63,660 nt of DNA, filler included, from Choristocarpus tenellus KU-1152 (GCA_964200185.2; 7 parts of 7 records of this genome joined end to end with filler, not necessarily neighbours in it); one strand, 5' to 3'. Counted from the whole stretch's first letter, positions 39,515-53,114 are shown. Notes: generated from the sequence alone by a model not told the origin. Made by a program: numbers and translations.

Positions 39515-42500
39515 ATGAGTGCCAAGCCCACGGATGATGCGGGCAAGGCTTCTCTCGTAGAGGAGATCAAGAGTCGTGCTCGGTGGGTACCTGAAACCTT
39601 GCTCCTAGCAGGGGAGACTTGAATGTAGGGATTGGGGTAAGGGTTTGAGTTGCGATCAAACAAACTCAGGAGTTCTTCCTTTGGTTCCCCAAACGTACTC
39701 GAACATTAACTTACATCTTTCAGCCTTACCTTGGAACTTTAGGGGAGAGTTTAGCTCGAAGAACTACCCTCGTGCTGAAATGCTGTATAAGAGAGGTTTG
39801 GAGGTCACGCCGGACGATGCTACCCTACACAGTAACTTGGCGGCTGTGCACCTGGGCCTCAATAGAAATAGGGAGGCCTTGGTTGATGCTGAGGAAGCGG
39901 TGCGGATCGATCCTGGTTATGCCAAGGGATATTTCCGGAAGGGACAGACCCTCCTGGCATTGGAACGCCCAACAGAGGCCGTGCTAGCCTTCGAAGCGGG
40001 CGCCGCTATTGATCCCGAAAGCAAGGCATGGGGGCCACAATTAGACAGGGCTCGAAAGGCCATTGAGAACGGAAAAAGTTGTTCGACTGTTCCAGACTCC
40101 AAACCTTCGACCTCTTCTTCGCCGGCATCGTCCTCCTCAATCACCCTGCCTTCGAAGACATCGAAGGTAGTTGAAGGAGGGGAAAGCGATGCTGGAAAGA
40201 GTAACTCTTCCGAAGGAATGGCAGGTGGTAACATGAAAGGCTACAAGAAAACGGTAGACGGGCGAACGACGACCTACTTCAACAATGATCTTTCAGAAGA
40301 GGCTAAGCGACTCATCGGTGATATTGCACCCAAGCGGGTCGACCCCACTCTTGCTGGTGTGGCACAAGGGGGGACGGGAGGGACGGGAGGGGAAGGGGCA
40401 GGTGTGAGCGACAGTAATGGTGGAAGTGCTTGGAATATGGCTGGTACTTGGGAATCAAAGGACATGACTGGGTGAGTGCCGCCTTCCCTTTGCACAGCAG
40501 GTATCCATGCTGCATATGAGCTCATGAGAGTATTCCACACCATCAAGAGGCATTGCTATATTCCCTTGTATATTATTCCTATCAAGCAAGATTCTACTGA
40601 ACAATTGATTGCCATGGGTTGAGAAGCATGGTCATGATACTTCTAAGAATGCTTTACCTTTTGTTTCGACATTGATATGAAGCATGTGTGAGTTCATACC
40701 TTCACCTGACCATTTTCGGAAGAGGGTGTGATTTAGAAAAACCAAAACTTGTTATATTACTCCCTCTATTTTTAGTAGTCAATATATCAAGCAAATACTT
40801 TCCCAGATATGCTTCAAAATATATGCCATCTCAGTCTCACTCACTGAGTATATGATATTCGCAAAAGAATCAAATATGCACTTACCATACTCCTATGGGC
40901 ATGTGTATTTGAAATTTGAGTTTGCTCTTGGAGGTCTTGATGGTGAAAGAATCATACTTAGCTTTAGGGAAGGAGGCCTGAGGCTCTGCATGTATTAGTA
41001 GCAGATTTTGATTAAGAAAGAAATTACAGGGTGTACGTGATTTGGCCATTTTGAGTTCTTAGGGGGGGTGTTCAACTTCGTTCAAAGAAGATGACGACAT
41101 TCAGGGGGGGAAAAAAGTGTCTATCCCCAACAGCCAAATTGCACTTCACAGGTGTGGACTGAGTGCTCATAAAACACTTGCCACAAGAAAGTCAGAGGGA
41201 TCCTTATATCTCAGCTGAACCACCTTCTTGGTTGCTTTGACTCTTTGTGTCCAGTCGATCACGAAAGAAGAACAGAATGAGAACTATTTGAGCGAAGTAT
41301 TTTGTGCCTATGAAGGGTGGAGAGAAGAGCCTTGGATCTGCTCATTGCGTTGTGCTTTAGAAGGAGAAGGGAAACCCATATCAATGGAGTGCTTGTGCTT
41401 GAAGTATATTACCAATACAATATGCTGAGTGCTCGAAGTATTGACGTCATTTACTCTTGCATCTTGATGGTGTAACATACCTTGAAACACACTCCCACTA
41501 GGGGACACTTCAGGAAAATTTCACCACTCTGTTGTCCAATAATGCTAGACCGACCCTCCATGAACAACCTAGTGTGTGTACAATTATGTTTTCCTGCTTA
41601 TTGAGAGACAGGATGCAATATACCTTTTTGAGAGAATGGGCTGTGTGCCTCCAAGTCTATTATTTTTAACTGTAAATTACTCACTCTTGTTATGTATACC
41701 TCGCCACCTCGAAACAAAAACCTCTTGTACTTCTTTTTTTTTATCCCTTCCAGTTGGGCAAAGGATCGCCTAGTGGAACTCCTGAAGGGCATAGAGTTCG
41801 ATGCTGGCGATGGCAGTGTTGAGATCACTGCTGTAGAAGGCCTGGAGGGAGATGCCGAGGTTCGTTTCCATGGAGTTTCATTACATGCTGCAATAGAAGT
41901 AACAATGAGTTCAGGTTGGCGCTCTTTTATCACTTGGGGGTTTCATTCGTTTTGCAGTTTTAGGCTGCTGCACCTTGTTGTAGTTGTGGAAGAGAGGATT
42001 TCACATTGCGTCTTGAACCTCTGTGTGGCCATGGTATTGGACTTCCTGTTGTATCACAGTTCGGGGTTACGTTTGATGTTGAGTTGGTCGCTTGTTTGTG
42101 TCGAGTTTGCGTATCCCCGTGATGATATTTAGTGAGCACTATCGTTTCAGTCGTAACTGCACATGACCCTCCCAAATATCTACCCTCACAACCGCAACAC
42201 GTGGCACCCTCATTGGGGTCTCATTAATCAGATCACTTACTCCCGAGGAAAGAAGCGAAGGATGTTTGATTTCCATTTCAATCTGGCCTGGGAGGCATCG
42301 CTAGATTGTGGAGAGACCAAGGGCAAGCTTGTATATCCAGATGTAGGTCAGGACTGCTGCGGGGTTTATGATGTAGAGTGCCAGGTGGGTCACCAACAGG
42401 CGGACATGCCTAAACGTTTTCATGTGGGGTTAGTCATAAGGACAACCTGCCCTGCCTCTAAAGTCCCTGTAGATGAGGTTTTTTTATCAATAGGTTACAA

Positions 42501-42890
42501 ACTCAAGCTTTTCTTCTCCACTTTCTGAGGCACACCTAAAACATGGTCTATCAGGATTCGATTGGGTAGTCACTGGTTCCGGATGTGCACCACAAAAAGG
42601 AGGAAAAGCTCTGATAGAAACCCTCATTCTCAAAGTGTGTATACAGCATGCAGTGTGTACATTTTGTATCAGAGGCGAGGAGCGGCAATTGGAGAATCAA
42701 ATTAATCAAGCTTATTTGTATCGTATCCTCACACCCATCACCATGCCATTGCCTTCAACAGGTGAATACAACCACCCCACCTGCAGCCAAGGGCTTCATT
42801 GATTGCCATGTACGGCCAGAGGGGTCAGGCCTTCGAAATGCAGTGCTCAGTCGACTTGAAACCTTTGCTGAAGAATTCAATGCAAAGTAG
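39515..42890 (+). CDS. Hsp90 co-chaperone: TPR domain plus Aha1 N-terminal-type domain
   Basis: Five phase-consistent GT-AG exons: 39515-39582, 39743-40471, 41754-41859, 42232-42384, 42762-42890; TPR motifs (LHSNLAAVHL, YAKGYFRKG) and GSAWNMAGTWESKDMTGWAK...GDAEITYSRGKKR..FDF. Confidence 0.88.
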
Positions 42891-43907
42891 TCACATAGAT
42901 CATGTATCACTACAACCAGGGGGAGTTCTTGGGTGTCTCAATGCTTTCCCTGGAACAGTCCAGGGTGTATCTGAAAAATTTCGGGAAGTAGACAGGAAAG
43001 TGTGAGGAGATCGAGGTTTCATGGAGAGGTAGGGGGGTAAAAGCTCATCCCTGTGGTCAACGTTTATATATACCCGACCATCACTATTGTGGGTTTGCTG
43101 TGTGGGCGGTTGGATTGGTGTCAGGGTACAAATCAGCCCATTGGTGACATCGTTTCATTGAAGGAGTTGGATATATGATCCTAGCGTCTGTTACTTCTCG
43201 TCTCAATCAATGCAGTACGAAGAATATGGTGCTCCTCTCTTTGTGATCTCATCAGATGAGCAAAGGATGTGCAGTTTATCCAGGGACATTCTCATGCAGC
43301 ACATTCTATATCCCGACAAACTGATCTGTTATCAAGAATTACTGTGTCCCACTATTGATTGCATGAGACTGTAGACAGACATGAAAAGGGACTTCCTTTA
43401 TGCCTTCAATGGTATATGCATATCCTAAGGACATGAACAAATTCAAGATGTATTGAGCCTCTACCTGATGACGGGAAATTTCATGGTTTTGCCTTCTCCT
43501 GTTGCCAACACATTCCACTATGTGCAACTTGTGTTTCAGTGACTGATACTTGTTGACCCTGCCTCAATCAAATACCAGGTGGTGCTTTCCAAATCTAATG
43601 ACAAAAAAAAACAAAGTTTTCTGTATGCACTGAAAGCAAGATAAACTACAGTCAACTTGTGACACACCAAACAAAATGTCCCCCCCAAAAGCTCAAGTTC
43701 CCAGCGTGGTGACAGTTGAGCTTTATTCCCCCTCTTTCAACGGAATTGTCAAATGCCCATTGTTATACTTTTGGGGCCCTCTCTTTCAAACAATAAGATG
43801 AGCAAATATCAAACACAAGCTTCTTCTCGTTGCTCCCACAAATGTGCTACATATGTAGCAAGAAATAGATGCAAGCATTCTCACCGTTCTCTAACCTAAC
43901 CACTGAC

Positions 43908-45738
43908 CTACTCTGGCAAATGAACTCTGAACCTAAGACGAATATAGTACACCGTCCACCTGTCCTCTGAATCTTGGAGTGCTGGTCGAATTATGTCGAT
44001 GACCTCATCTACAAAAAGGTTCATGGAAGTGGAAGAATCAGTCCCCAACGAAACAGTGTCAGAGGTGACAAGAGCGGACTGGAAAGACTTGGAAAATGTT
44101 TTCAGCCAGCCATGAATGCCAGTCTCTAACGGTAGGGGTGTTGGACGAGGGATCAGCATCACCTCGTCCACGCAGAAGCCAGCCTGTCCAAGCACACAGA
44201 AAATGGTTGTTTAGAAAACATCAATTCCCACCAAATGAGAGAAGATCAGTGAGGCAGTGGGAAAGAGTCGGTAGAGAAGTAAATAGAGAGGAATTCATCG
44301 ATCTTTTTGAAACTTCCACTCACAAAACGTATTGTAATGTCAGGTTCAAAATAAACATGTAGTGTCCTGTCAAATCAGGCATAGAGCTCTCCCCGAAGGT
44401 GATGGAAGAGTGCCTGGCACAGCAAAACAGTATTTGATTTAGTGAAATATGTGCCAGACATCAGGAAGGGAGCTCCTACTTATTGGAACCTTGCCCCTAC
44501 ACTAAATCATTTTCTTTTTTCTTCCCTACACCATTTTCCTTCATCTCACCGTAACCGCCCCATCAAACAAACAAAAACATTTTCGATTGCAGCTAGAGGT
44601 CCTAGAGAGATAGGTCCACCTTACTCTATGTATGACTCATCATAATGTTACTTCATACGTGCAAAGCAGATTAGTACAAAATTACAGAATAACTTTGCAT
44701 CTATCATGCATGGACAACCCTCAAGCATAATTGAAGACTACTATCAAATGGAAATACATCATACTCGTCGTGCTTGGGGTCGGCCAGGCCTGCCATTGCT
44801 TCAAGGAGTATAGATAGCACCCACAGATTTGAACTAGGTAGAGGAAAAATACATGCCTACATAACCCATAATTACTCCAGCCACCCAACTGACCGCGACT
44901 TCCTCACCTCCTCCAGCATGCACTGGTATTGCTTTGGAGTAGGAAAGAACAATGGATCTACTAGGAGGGGATCGACACCCTCCGAACGTAGTACTGCGTG
45001 AAGGGCTGATCGTACTGCGGCGATGTTTACATGCCCTCCTAATTCCCCAACAAAACGCCCCCCAGGTCGCAGAACAGATCTCGCACCAGCAATCACAGCT
45101 CTTGGTGGCTTCATCCAGTGTAGTGCAGCATTGGAGAAAACCGCATCATAGAGGTTGGTAGAGATGTCATGTTGCCGATTTCGGTGAGAGATTTCTTCTG
45201 CATCTTGGACAGGAGCATGCTCAGCCATCGCGCTTGAGCTCAGCTCGTTTAGTAGCACCTCTGTGTTCATCGCACTCGCGTCCATTACATACGCATTGGT
45301 GCCCTGGTGATGGGGTGGGTGGCAAACAGCACACAAGACATGCAATGGCCAATACAGAAAGAGGGTGGGGAGCGAAGGTTCACTTGCCTAAATCTGGGTC
45401 CAACATTCCAGCCACGCCTATACGATGTGGCTTGTTGTGCTTAGTGGATGTTAGGTCTCGGAGTATCGTGGACCGGCCATAGTCTTACAGAAGCACATCT
45501 TCTTTTCAAGCGATGAAATCTCTTCCAGAACTTGTACGAATGTTGTTACTAAAACAAGCTATGCGACGACTAAATACCACCACCCGAAAACGATTTTCCT
45601 ATGCAATCTAACCAGCGATATCACCTTCTGCTCCGCAGAGGCCACCATATCAGGGGGGAAATCAATTCCCACTACGGTGCAGCTCAGGCCGTTAAAACTC
45701 CGTCACCACATCCAATGTCCAATATATTTTCTCCCTTC
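43908..45738 (-). pseudogene. Class I SAM-dependent methyltransferase (Tam/Methyltransf_11-like) with a frameshift
   Basis: Exons 45738-45625, 45303-44908 and 44183-43908: ILDIGCGDGVLTA[frameshift]LSCTVVGID...YDAVFSNAALHWMK...LRPGGRFVGELGGHVN...LIPRPTPLP...YIRLRF; TGA at 45686-45684; 5' exon not found. Confidence 0.75.
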
Positions 45739-46684
45739 CTGGATATCAGAAGATGTTGAAGAACAAGTCAGCACTGTTAACGATAATCATTATGGTTGAC
45801 GAGGGAGGTGCGTGATCGGTCAGTGAATCGATAGAAGAATCGATTCGGTTGGTTTCGTGTAGACATTTCAAAATATCGCACCTGGGGTTGAGAAGTTCCA
45901 ACACATCCTTACCCAGTTTGGGGACAAAGTGTGCATTTTCGTGATATTGTGATGCATTCCAGTGAGAGATGTTTCAGTAACATCTGGTGGTGGTATCACA
46001 TCGGAGGTACTTACCATAAACTGTATGGCCCTTGCTCCTGGCGAAATAACATAGAAGGCTCTTGTGAGGCTGAAGGCTTGTTTTAGCAAAAGCTTTGTCG
46101 AGGTCATACCAGTGGAGACCACTCTACAAGTTCATTACAGTTTTATAGTATTATCCCTCTCACATTTTGCAGATGTGTCACAGGAAAGGTCAACGCACTA
46201 TCATCAGGAGGACCCCTGTAAAGTTCGATACGATTCTCGTGTGAATTTGATTTATGATATACCATGATAAAGATGAATGACAGCACCACTTTATGTGAAG
46301 AGGATGGATGGTTCTAGTGAAGTGGATGGAAACACAACTGTATTAGTATGGCCTCTAACATTCTGTAGATATGTGATGGGGAAAGCCAAACCAATATCGC
46401 AACTATTATTGGGAAGAGGCGGAATGAGTAACAATCGTTAATGTCCAAATCAGGGTACAACTTCAAAAATTGTAATTGGTGGTATGACTCAGGGTTCTGT
46501 TATTTCTTTGGAGAGGGTGATACAAGACCCAATGTCAACAAAATTGACTTTTCCCTGGACACATCTGTAAAATGTCCGAGAGGAATTATTTTTTATATTA
46601 TTATGATCTAAGATATTTTGGAGGTATGTGAGGGAAATTGGAATATACCAAAATCACAAAGGCCCTGTAAAATATTAGTCCATG

Positions 46685-47088
46685 TGTGAATCGCATGATT
46701 CTGTGGCGGCGTAATTCACTCAGGTAAGGTTGGCGAAGAGAATCACCGGGCAAGACGGACCAGACGAACAAAGACGAACCGTAACCGAGGATACGAGGTT
46801 AAGGTTGGACAAGTGCAAATTGAGGAGTGATGAGCATCTTCAAAGATGGGGCTTCATCAACACAAGTCAAGACGTGAGAACAAAGTGGATCTTTCCTGTG
46901 TGACAACTCTGAATGACGAGCAGTCCCGAGTCTGTGCGATTGGTCTCGTGAAGAGATTCCATGGTTCCATTCTGACGGAAGGTCCCCCAGTGGAATCATG
47001 GATGCTTGACTAGGAAACTCAGTTCGTACAACGGTATAACGGTATATGTCATACGGTAATAAAGGTATAACAACAAACATGCTTTCCA
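46685..47088 (+). repeat. Solo-LTR-like repeat (family C)
   Basis: TG...CA ends; homologous to 241-634 and 49266-49675; no clear TSD. Confidence 0.6.
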
Positions 47089-47267
47089 CACATACATGAT
47101 GAAAAAGATACCTCTCTACAAAAAGTCTTTCCTATTTGGGTGTACTACATACAAGACCATTCTCCCTTGAAGGTTGGTATTTACAACTTGATGTGTACAC
47201 TAGTAATGTGCCTCTAACCTACCTTAGACCTAAAAAGGTGGACGAGGACCAAGAAAATGTACACACT

Positions 47268-47615
47268 ACTGCTATGCTTCAAACCTAGGTTAGCCCTACA
47301 TAGGTGGGCGAGGAGCTAAGCATCCCAAGAATCTGGCAGGCCCCTTCTTGCCCATCTGCCTGGTGTATCTAGGTTGAAACGCATGACACGTCTCGAGAGA
47401 GACACTTCTTCTGTAGTGATGGACACAATCTGTCGTAAGCGGGATTTGATAGCCCGTTTCCTACAGTATCTTCCTGCCCCTCTCCCCCCCACTGCGTGTG
47501 TGGCCAACTCATCCAAGAAGCTTTTTCTGCATGCTTACCAAACTGTCCAAAGATTTCAACTGCGAAGGCATTGAGGCTAAACTAAGGTCAAAAGAATGCT
47601 TGTAGTGTGCGCTTT
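47268..47615 (-). mobile_element. LINE 3' end (family D)
   Basis: DELATHAVGG...AIKSRLRQIVSITTEEVSLSRRVMRF. Confidence 0.65.
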
Positions 47616-47834
47616 CGAACCTCGGCAGCAGCATATTATTTTATTCTATTATGACCCCTGAGATTTTGGAGATGTGTTGGGGAACAAACCAAAGCTATAT
47701 CACAAGGACTCCTGTTAAAATAACAGCTGATAGTGCAAAAGATGCCTCTCAAAAATATCAACTTTTGCAAACTGACAACACAATCACGCTTGATTATAAA
47801 ATGGTGGGTAACTACAATGTAATCCGCACATCGC

Positions 47835-48350
47835 TGCTATGCTTCAAGCCTAGGTTAGCTGTACTAAGGAGGGCGAGGACCTAGGGAAGAGAATCTGACA
47901 GTTCCCTCCTTGCCCATCTCCATGGCGTCTCTAGGTTGAAACGCATGATGCGTCTTTAGAGAGCCACTTGTGCAGTGACTGACACTATCTGTCTCAAACC
48001 GGACTGGGCAGAACCCTTTCACCATATCCTTCCACCCTTCTTCCCCCACTCTGCGTGTGGCTAACTCGTGCAATACCTCAGTATGCAAGCAGAGTGTTTT
48101 TAGATTAATTGGGCAACACACACAGGGGGGGGAAGAGAGACGGGAGGACACAACAGGAAAGGGACTGTCAAGTCCCACTTATGAAAGATAGTGCCAGTGA
48201 CTCTCTTGAAATGTGTCGTGTACTTCAACCTAGAGGCCCTACACACAGATGAGCAAGAAGGGGCCTGTCAGAGAATTAGGGTGCCTCGCTAGCTCCTCGC
48301 TCCACCTATATGTAGGGACTAAGCCAGGTTAGAGGCATGGTAGCAGTATA
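47835..48350. mobile_element. Two family D LINE-end fragments in opposite orientations
   Basis: 47835-48085 in the same sense as 47268; about 48230-48350 inverted. Confidence 0.55.
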
Positions 48351-48390
48351 CACATTACATATATTATACCGTTACCAATTTAGAAGGGAT

Positions 48391-48647
48391 GAGTGAAAGT
48401 ATTATAGAGGGTACGAGTTTTGCCCTGTTTGTCCATTTGGGCTTGGCTTCTCTTGGGGTTGTTCATTACATTTTTCTACTCCAAAAAGTTTAGGAGTAGG
48501 TAAAATGTGTATGTTATGAAAAGGTGTGTCCAGAACATGGATATTTACACTTCCTAACAAATACGATAGCCAAAATTACACAAAAATCACCAAATTGGAT
48601 TTTGACCCCAAATGGACGCGGTTCTACCCTCTAAGATACTTTGGCTC
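48391..48647. mobile_element. MITE family B copy
   Basis: Both TIRs present; TSD ggat/ggat. Confidence 0.9.
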
Positions 48648-48819
48648 GGATCATTATTGAATTGTTAGTTTTCAAAAAGTTAATGTTTTTTTTAGTTATC
48701 TTTACATTTTCAACTGTTATTTCAACAAGGATCCTTGTCATATACCTTGGTTTATTCCCAAACACATCCGAAAAATATGTCAGGGGGCATAATAATATAT
48801 AGTATATATAAAGTGTGCA

Positions 48820-49140
48820 CTGCTGCTATGCCTCTAACCTACCTACCTTAGCCCTACACAACCGGGCGAGGAGGTAATCCCAAGAATCTGACGGACCCCT
48901 TCTTGCCCATCTATGTGGTCTCTCTACGTTGAAACGTATGATGTTTCTTGAGAGAGACATTTATGTAGTGACATACACTATCTATCTCAAACGTGACTTG
49001 ACGCCCCCTTTCCTGCTAAAACCTCCCGCCCCTCTCCCCTCAACTGCATGTATACCTAACTCATCTAAAGACTTTCTGCTTGCGTGCTTTACCAAGGTGC
49101 CCAAATCTTTCCACCACCAAGGTGATAAGGTTAATCCATA
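48820..49140 (-). mobile_element. LINE 3' end (family D)
   Basis: Nucleotide homology to 47268-47615. Confidence 0.6.
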
Positions 49141-49265
49141 GTATATTGCTACGACCACAACTGTATATATATATCATTATGCCCTCTGACATCTTGCAGA
49201 TATGTCAGGGAAAGAGCCGATTCAATGTATCACAAGGACCCCTGTAAAAGCAATAGTATTAGTAA

Positions 49266-49675
49266 TGTAAATACCAGGGTTTATTGTTATCATACCGTTA
49301 TTGCGGTATTCCGTATACACCGTTTTACCAATTGAGGTTTGTGTTGTCCAGAATAGTGGATTCGAGTAGAGGGTTTTACCTGAGATTGACAGCCGTGGAA
49401 TCATTCGAGAGGCCAATCCCACAAGTAGTGGATATGCTTTCCATCAGATATTATGCCAAAACATCGAAGTTTCTCTTTGATGTCAAATCTTGATACTCTC
49501 AGCATCCACTACATCACGAGATCCTCCCCATTCTACACTTCATTCACTTGTTCAACCTTGACCTCGTCATCTCGGTTACGGTTCGTCTTGGTCGGTCTGG
49601 TCCGTCTTGCCCCGTGACTCTCTTCGCTAACATTGCCTGAGTTAACCACGCCACCACAGAATCATTCCATTGACA
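49266..49675 (-). repeat. Solo-LTR-like repeat (family C), inverted
   Basis: Reverse-complement homology to 46685-47088; TG...CA ends. Confidence 0.6.
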
Positions 49676-49756
49676 GCAACTTATACAACGCTTACCCTAG
49701 CCCTAGTCCTGTCAGGGGAATAGTCAATTGAATATCATAAGAACCCCTCAATATAT

Positions 49757-50015
49757 GAGTCAAAGTATCTTAGAGGGTAGAGTCACGTCCATTTGGGGCC
49801 AAAATCCAATGTTGTGATTTTGATGTAATTTTGGTTATCGTGTTTGTTAGGAAGTGTCAATATCCATGTTCCGGACACAACTTTTCATATTGTATATATT
49901 TCACTTACTCCGAAACATTTTGGAGTAGGTAAATGTCATAAAAAATAACCATGGAAAGTCAAGTCCTAAATGGACAAACAGGGAAAAAGTCATACCCTCT
50001 AAGATACTTTCACTC
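49757..50015. mobile_element. MITE family B copy
   Basis: Both TIRs intact; no recognisable TSD. Confidence 0.9.
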
Positions 50016-50202
50016 TTACTGAAAAATCTCCTTGTACTTCAACCCCTTAATCATAAGCCCACAACTCTGGTGCTCTTGCTAGGAAGAAAAACGAGAAACT
50101 CAGTCCTAGCCTTGTCAATTCACCCTCCCTTCCTGACATTTCAATAACATTTTTTGTTTCTACAATCATTCTCTATGTCAGGGTTTCCTCTTCTTAGGCT
50201 GA

Positions 50203-50385
50203 GGCTCAAAGTATCTGGGAGGGGGGTTTGGCTGTCCATTTGGGGTCAATTTTTTCATATATCGTGATTTTTGGGTGATTTGGTTGCCATACGTCGGATG
50301 GATAATGCAAATGCACGTTTCCCGATTTTGGTCCAAATGGACACCCTCGTGTAGACCCCCCCCACCCCCCCAGATACTTTGGGTC
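50203..50385. mobile_element. MITE family A copy
   Basis: Both TIRs present; TSD tga/tga. Confidence 0.92.
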
Positions 50386-51166
50386 TGACTGCCTTTTTTT
50401 TGTGGGTCCTCCCCACCCCCTTCAGCACTAAGTGAATCATGAAGTGTTGCGTGGGAAGTTGGAAGTTCAGGAATTGTTTGTGGTCAAAAATACTGGATTG
50501 TTGAAATCTTACCCTTAATTGTACCTACTTGGTTTCCCTTACTCCCACAACAAAAACCCATGAACTCCGCTAGGGCCTTCACTACGTCCAATTCTCGACT
50601 TCTGGGGTCTAACCACCTACCCAATCCTCTATATTAATGGAACTTCCAAGCTGTCTCATAACATTTCTGAGTAGATGGCACAACCGATCCTCTGGCAAAC
50701 AGGGCTGCAAGGCACCCAAACACATCATCTCCCCTTCCTCATAGAGCGGCTGTTATTGCTGCCACTCAGCATGTGGACAAGCAGGTTGGAGGTTAGATTG
50801 AATATCGTCCCTATTCCATCTCGATATACCACCTGCCAAATAATTCCTCTTCCCCACAATATGTTCCACTGCAAACGACCATTCCTCGGCTATCTCCAAC
50901 GCCCCCATTTTCCTCATCAACCCACCCGCCCTCCTATCTTTGGCCCCCCACACTTACGGAACCAGTGTCCCCTCTTAGCAGTACTGGGTCTCCCTTCTCC
51001 TTCTTTTCCCCCCTATCTTCGCCACCAATAGCCACGCATTCACTAACATCCCTAACATTTCAGCACATTAGTCGATATACTCCCTTCCTTTCCTTTAATC
51101 ATACTTTTCGTGTAATGTCTTTCTTCACACACTCCGGAAAATCATACATCCATCACTTACCAGTCT

Positions 51167-51349
51167 GGCTCAAAGTATCTGGGAGGGGGTGGTGGCTGTC
51201 CATTTGGGGTCAATTTTTTCATATCGCGATTTTTGGGTGATTTGGTTGCCATGCGTCGGATGGATAATGCAAATGCACTTTTCCCGATTTTGGTCCAAAT
51301 GGACACCCTCGTGTATAGACACCCCCCACCCCCCCAGATACTTTGGGTC
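51167..51349. mobile_element. MITE family A copy nested in the DIRS relic
   Basis: Both TIRs present; TSD tct/tct. Confidence 0.92.
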
Positions 51350-52581
51350 TCTTCACATTGTATCCTCCTACTGCTGAAAAGCGTGCATCTGAAATACCAT
51401 GTCGTCACTGGTCTTACCACAAAACCCCATAAAGGGGGAACTCAAGTTTTCCCCTTTTTCTGCCAAGTCCCGCTCTACCGCCCACCCCCACCAATACAAG
51501 CCTTTTCCTTAAATTCCTGGCCTATCCTGATCTCTCTGTTTCCTTCCCTTACTCCCTCCCCCTGTCCCTCCTCCGACCACCCCAACTCGCTACCCTTCTC
51601 AACCAACCCCCCTTCTGGTGTAGCCCCGCCAGATACATCAGTCGCCAAAGAAAAAATCTCTCTGGGTGTATAACATACGACATGTGAAACAGTTTTCCTA
51701 GCAGCACTCATACATTTCTTAGTCTGGCTATCGACCTTGATTCTGGCTACTCTGCTAGCAATACCTTCAACCCCTTCAACTTATCTTCTGGTAAAGCAAT
51801 TGTCATTGCCTCAGTTTTTATCCTTCATCTCACTACTACCTGTGTGGAATGCTATCCTGACAACTTTTTCGCTGATAAGATGGGGGTTCCTCTGCCTTTC
51901 TCTGGCCTAGCAATCGTATATGATCTGAAACTAACGAGTTTGTCGCCAACTTCAATCTTCTCCCATCATCAAACCATTGGGGCTCTACTAGAATACTATA
52001 ATTGACATACATTCTTGCAAAAAAAGGGTCCTCTACCCCTCCCTTACCACTTCAGGAACTTTTCATGTCTCATCTTCAGCACTAACCTCCCTCCTACCCT
52101 TCTGCCGAGAAGGACTTACCCCTATAGCAATTTCTTTGGCTTCCATGAGTACTACTGCCCATTGGGGGTCTGTGTGACAGTGGGAAAATTCTAAGGCGAT
52201 CCCACCATCCTGGGCTATTCTTCCAACCAAATTGGAGCTTAAAGCCAATCACTATCAGATCTTCAACACAATACCCAAACCTCGCTGCCCCCCTTTGGTT
52301 CCACTGGTACTTGGCGAAAAACATCCCTAAAATCCATCTTACTAATCATGATTCTCGCCTTGCGGGGAACTTCTTCCTATATCCTACAATCCAAATAATC
52401 GCGTCTTCCAGAAAACAGTCCCACAATGCACAAGGGGGGCATCTTTCAACACTGTTTCTCCATTCACACTCAGACCCCAACTCTCCTGCTGATACGACAA
52501 ATCATGAACAATCCTGACTCTCGTTGGTTCTTGGATTACTCCAACTGCGGACACCTGCAAACCCGGAATCTTTCCCCATGT

Positions 52582-52793
52582 ATCCAATGTTGCGATTTTG
52601 ATGCAATTTTGGCTACCGTGTTTCGTAGGAAGTGTCAATATCCTTGTTCCGGACACACCTTTTCAGAACGTATACATTTTACCTACTCTGAAACATTTTG
52701 GAGTAGGAAAATGTCATTAAAAAAACATAGGAAGCCAAGTCCCAAATGGACAAACAGGGCAAACCTCATATACCCTCTAAGATATATTCGCTC
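52582..52793. mobile_element. MITE family B copy, one end truncated, nested in the DIRS RT region
   Basis: Internal family B sequence plus a degenerate TIR TACCCTCTAAGATATATTCGCTC. Confidence 0.85.
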
Positions 52794-53114
52794 ATACATG
52801 TCCTTTTTGGAAACACTAGTGCTCTACTCTGGATCACATCCCCCACTATCTTTGCTAGTAATGCTTTACTATGACTTCTTGCACTCCTATGGTTTCCATT
52901 TTCCATCTTCCCCTCAACTCTACCTTTCCCTTCTATACATATCGGTACTCCCCTTTCCACCACCTATTGATGTCTCCCTATTTGTGGAAATCCTTCCTTC
53001 TTTCCGAATTTAAACGTTCAGGACTCCATCTCGTACCAAAGCAGCCCGTCCACCAATTTCCCCAAATTTCCCCCACACTCCTCAAGTAATACCCCCCCTC
53101 TCTTTGTTAGGTCA

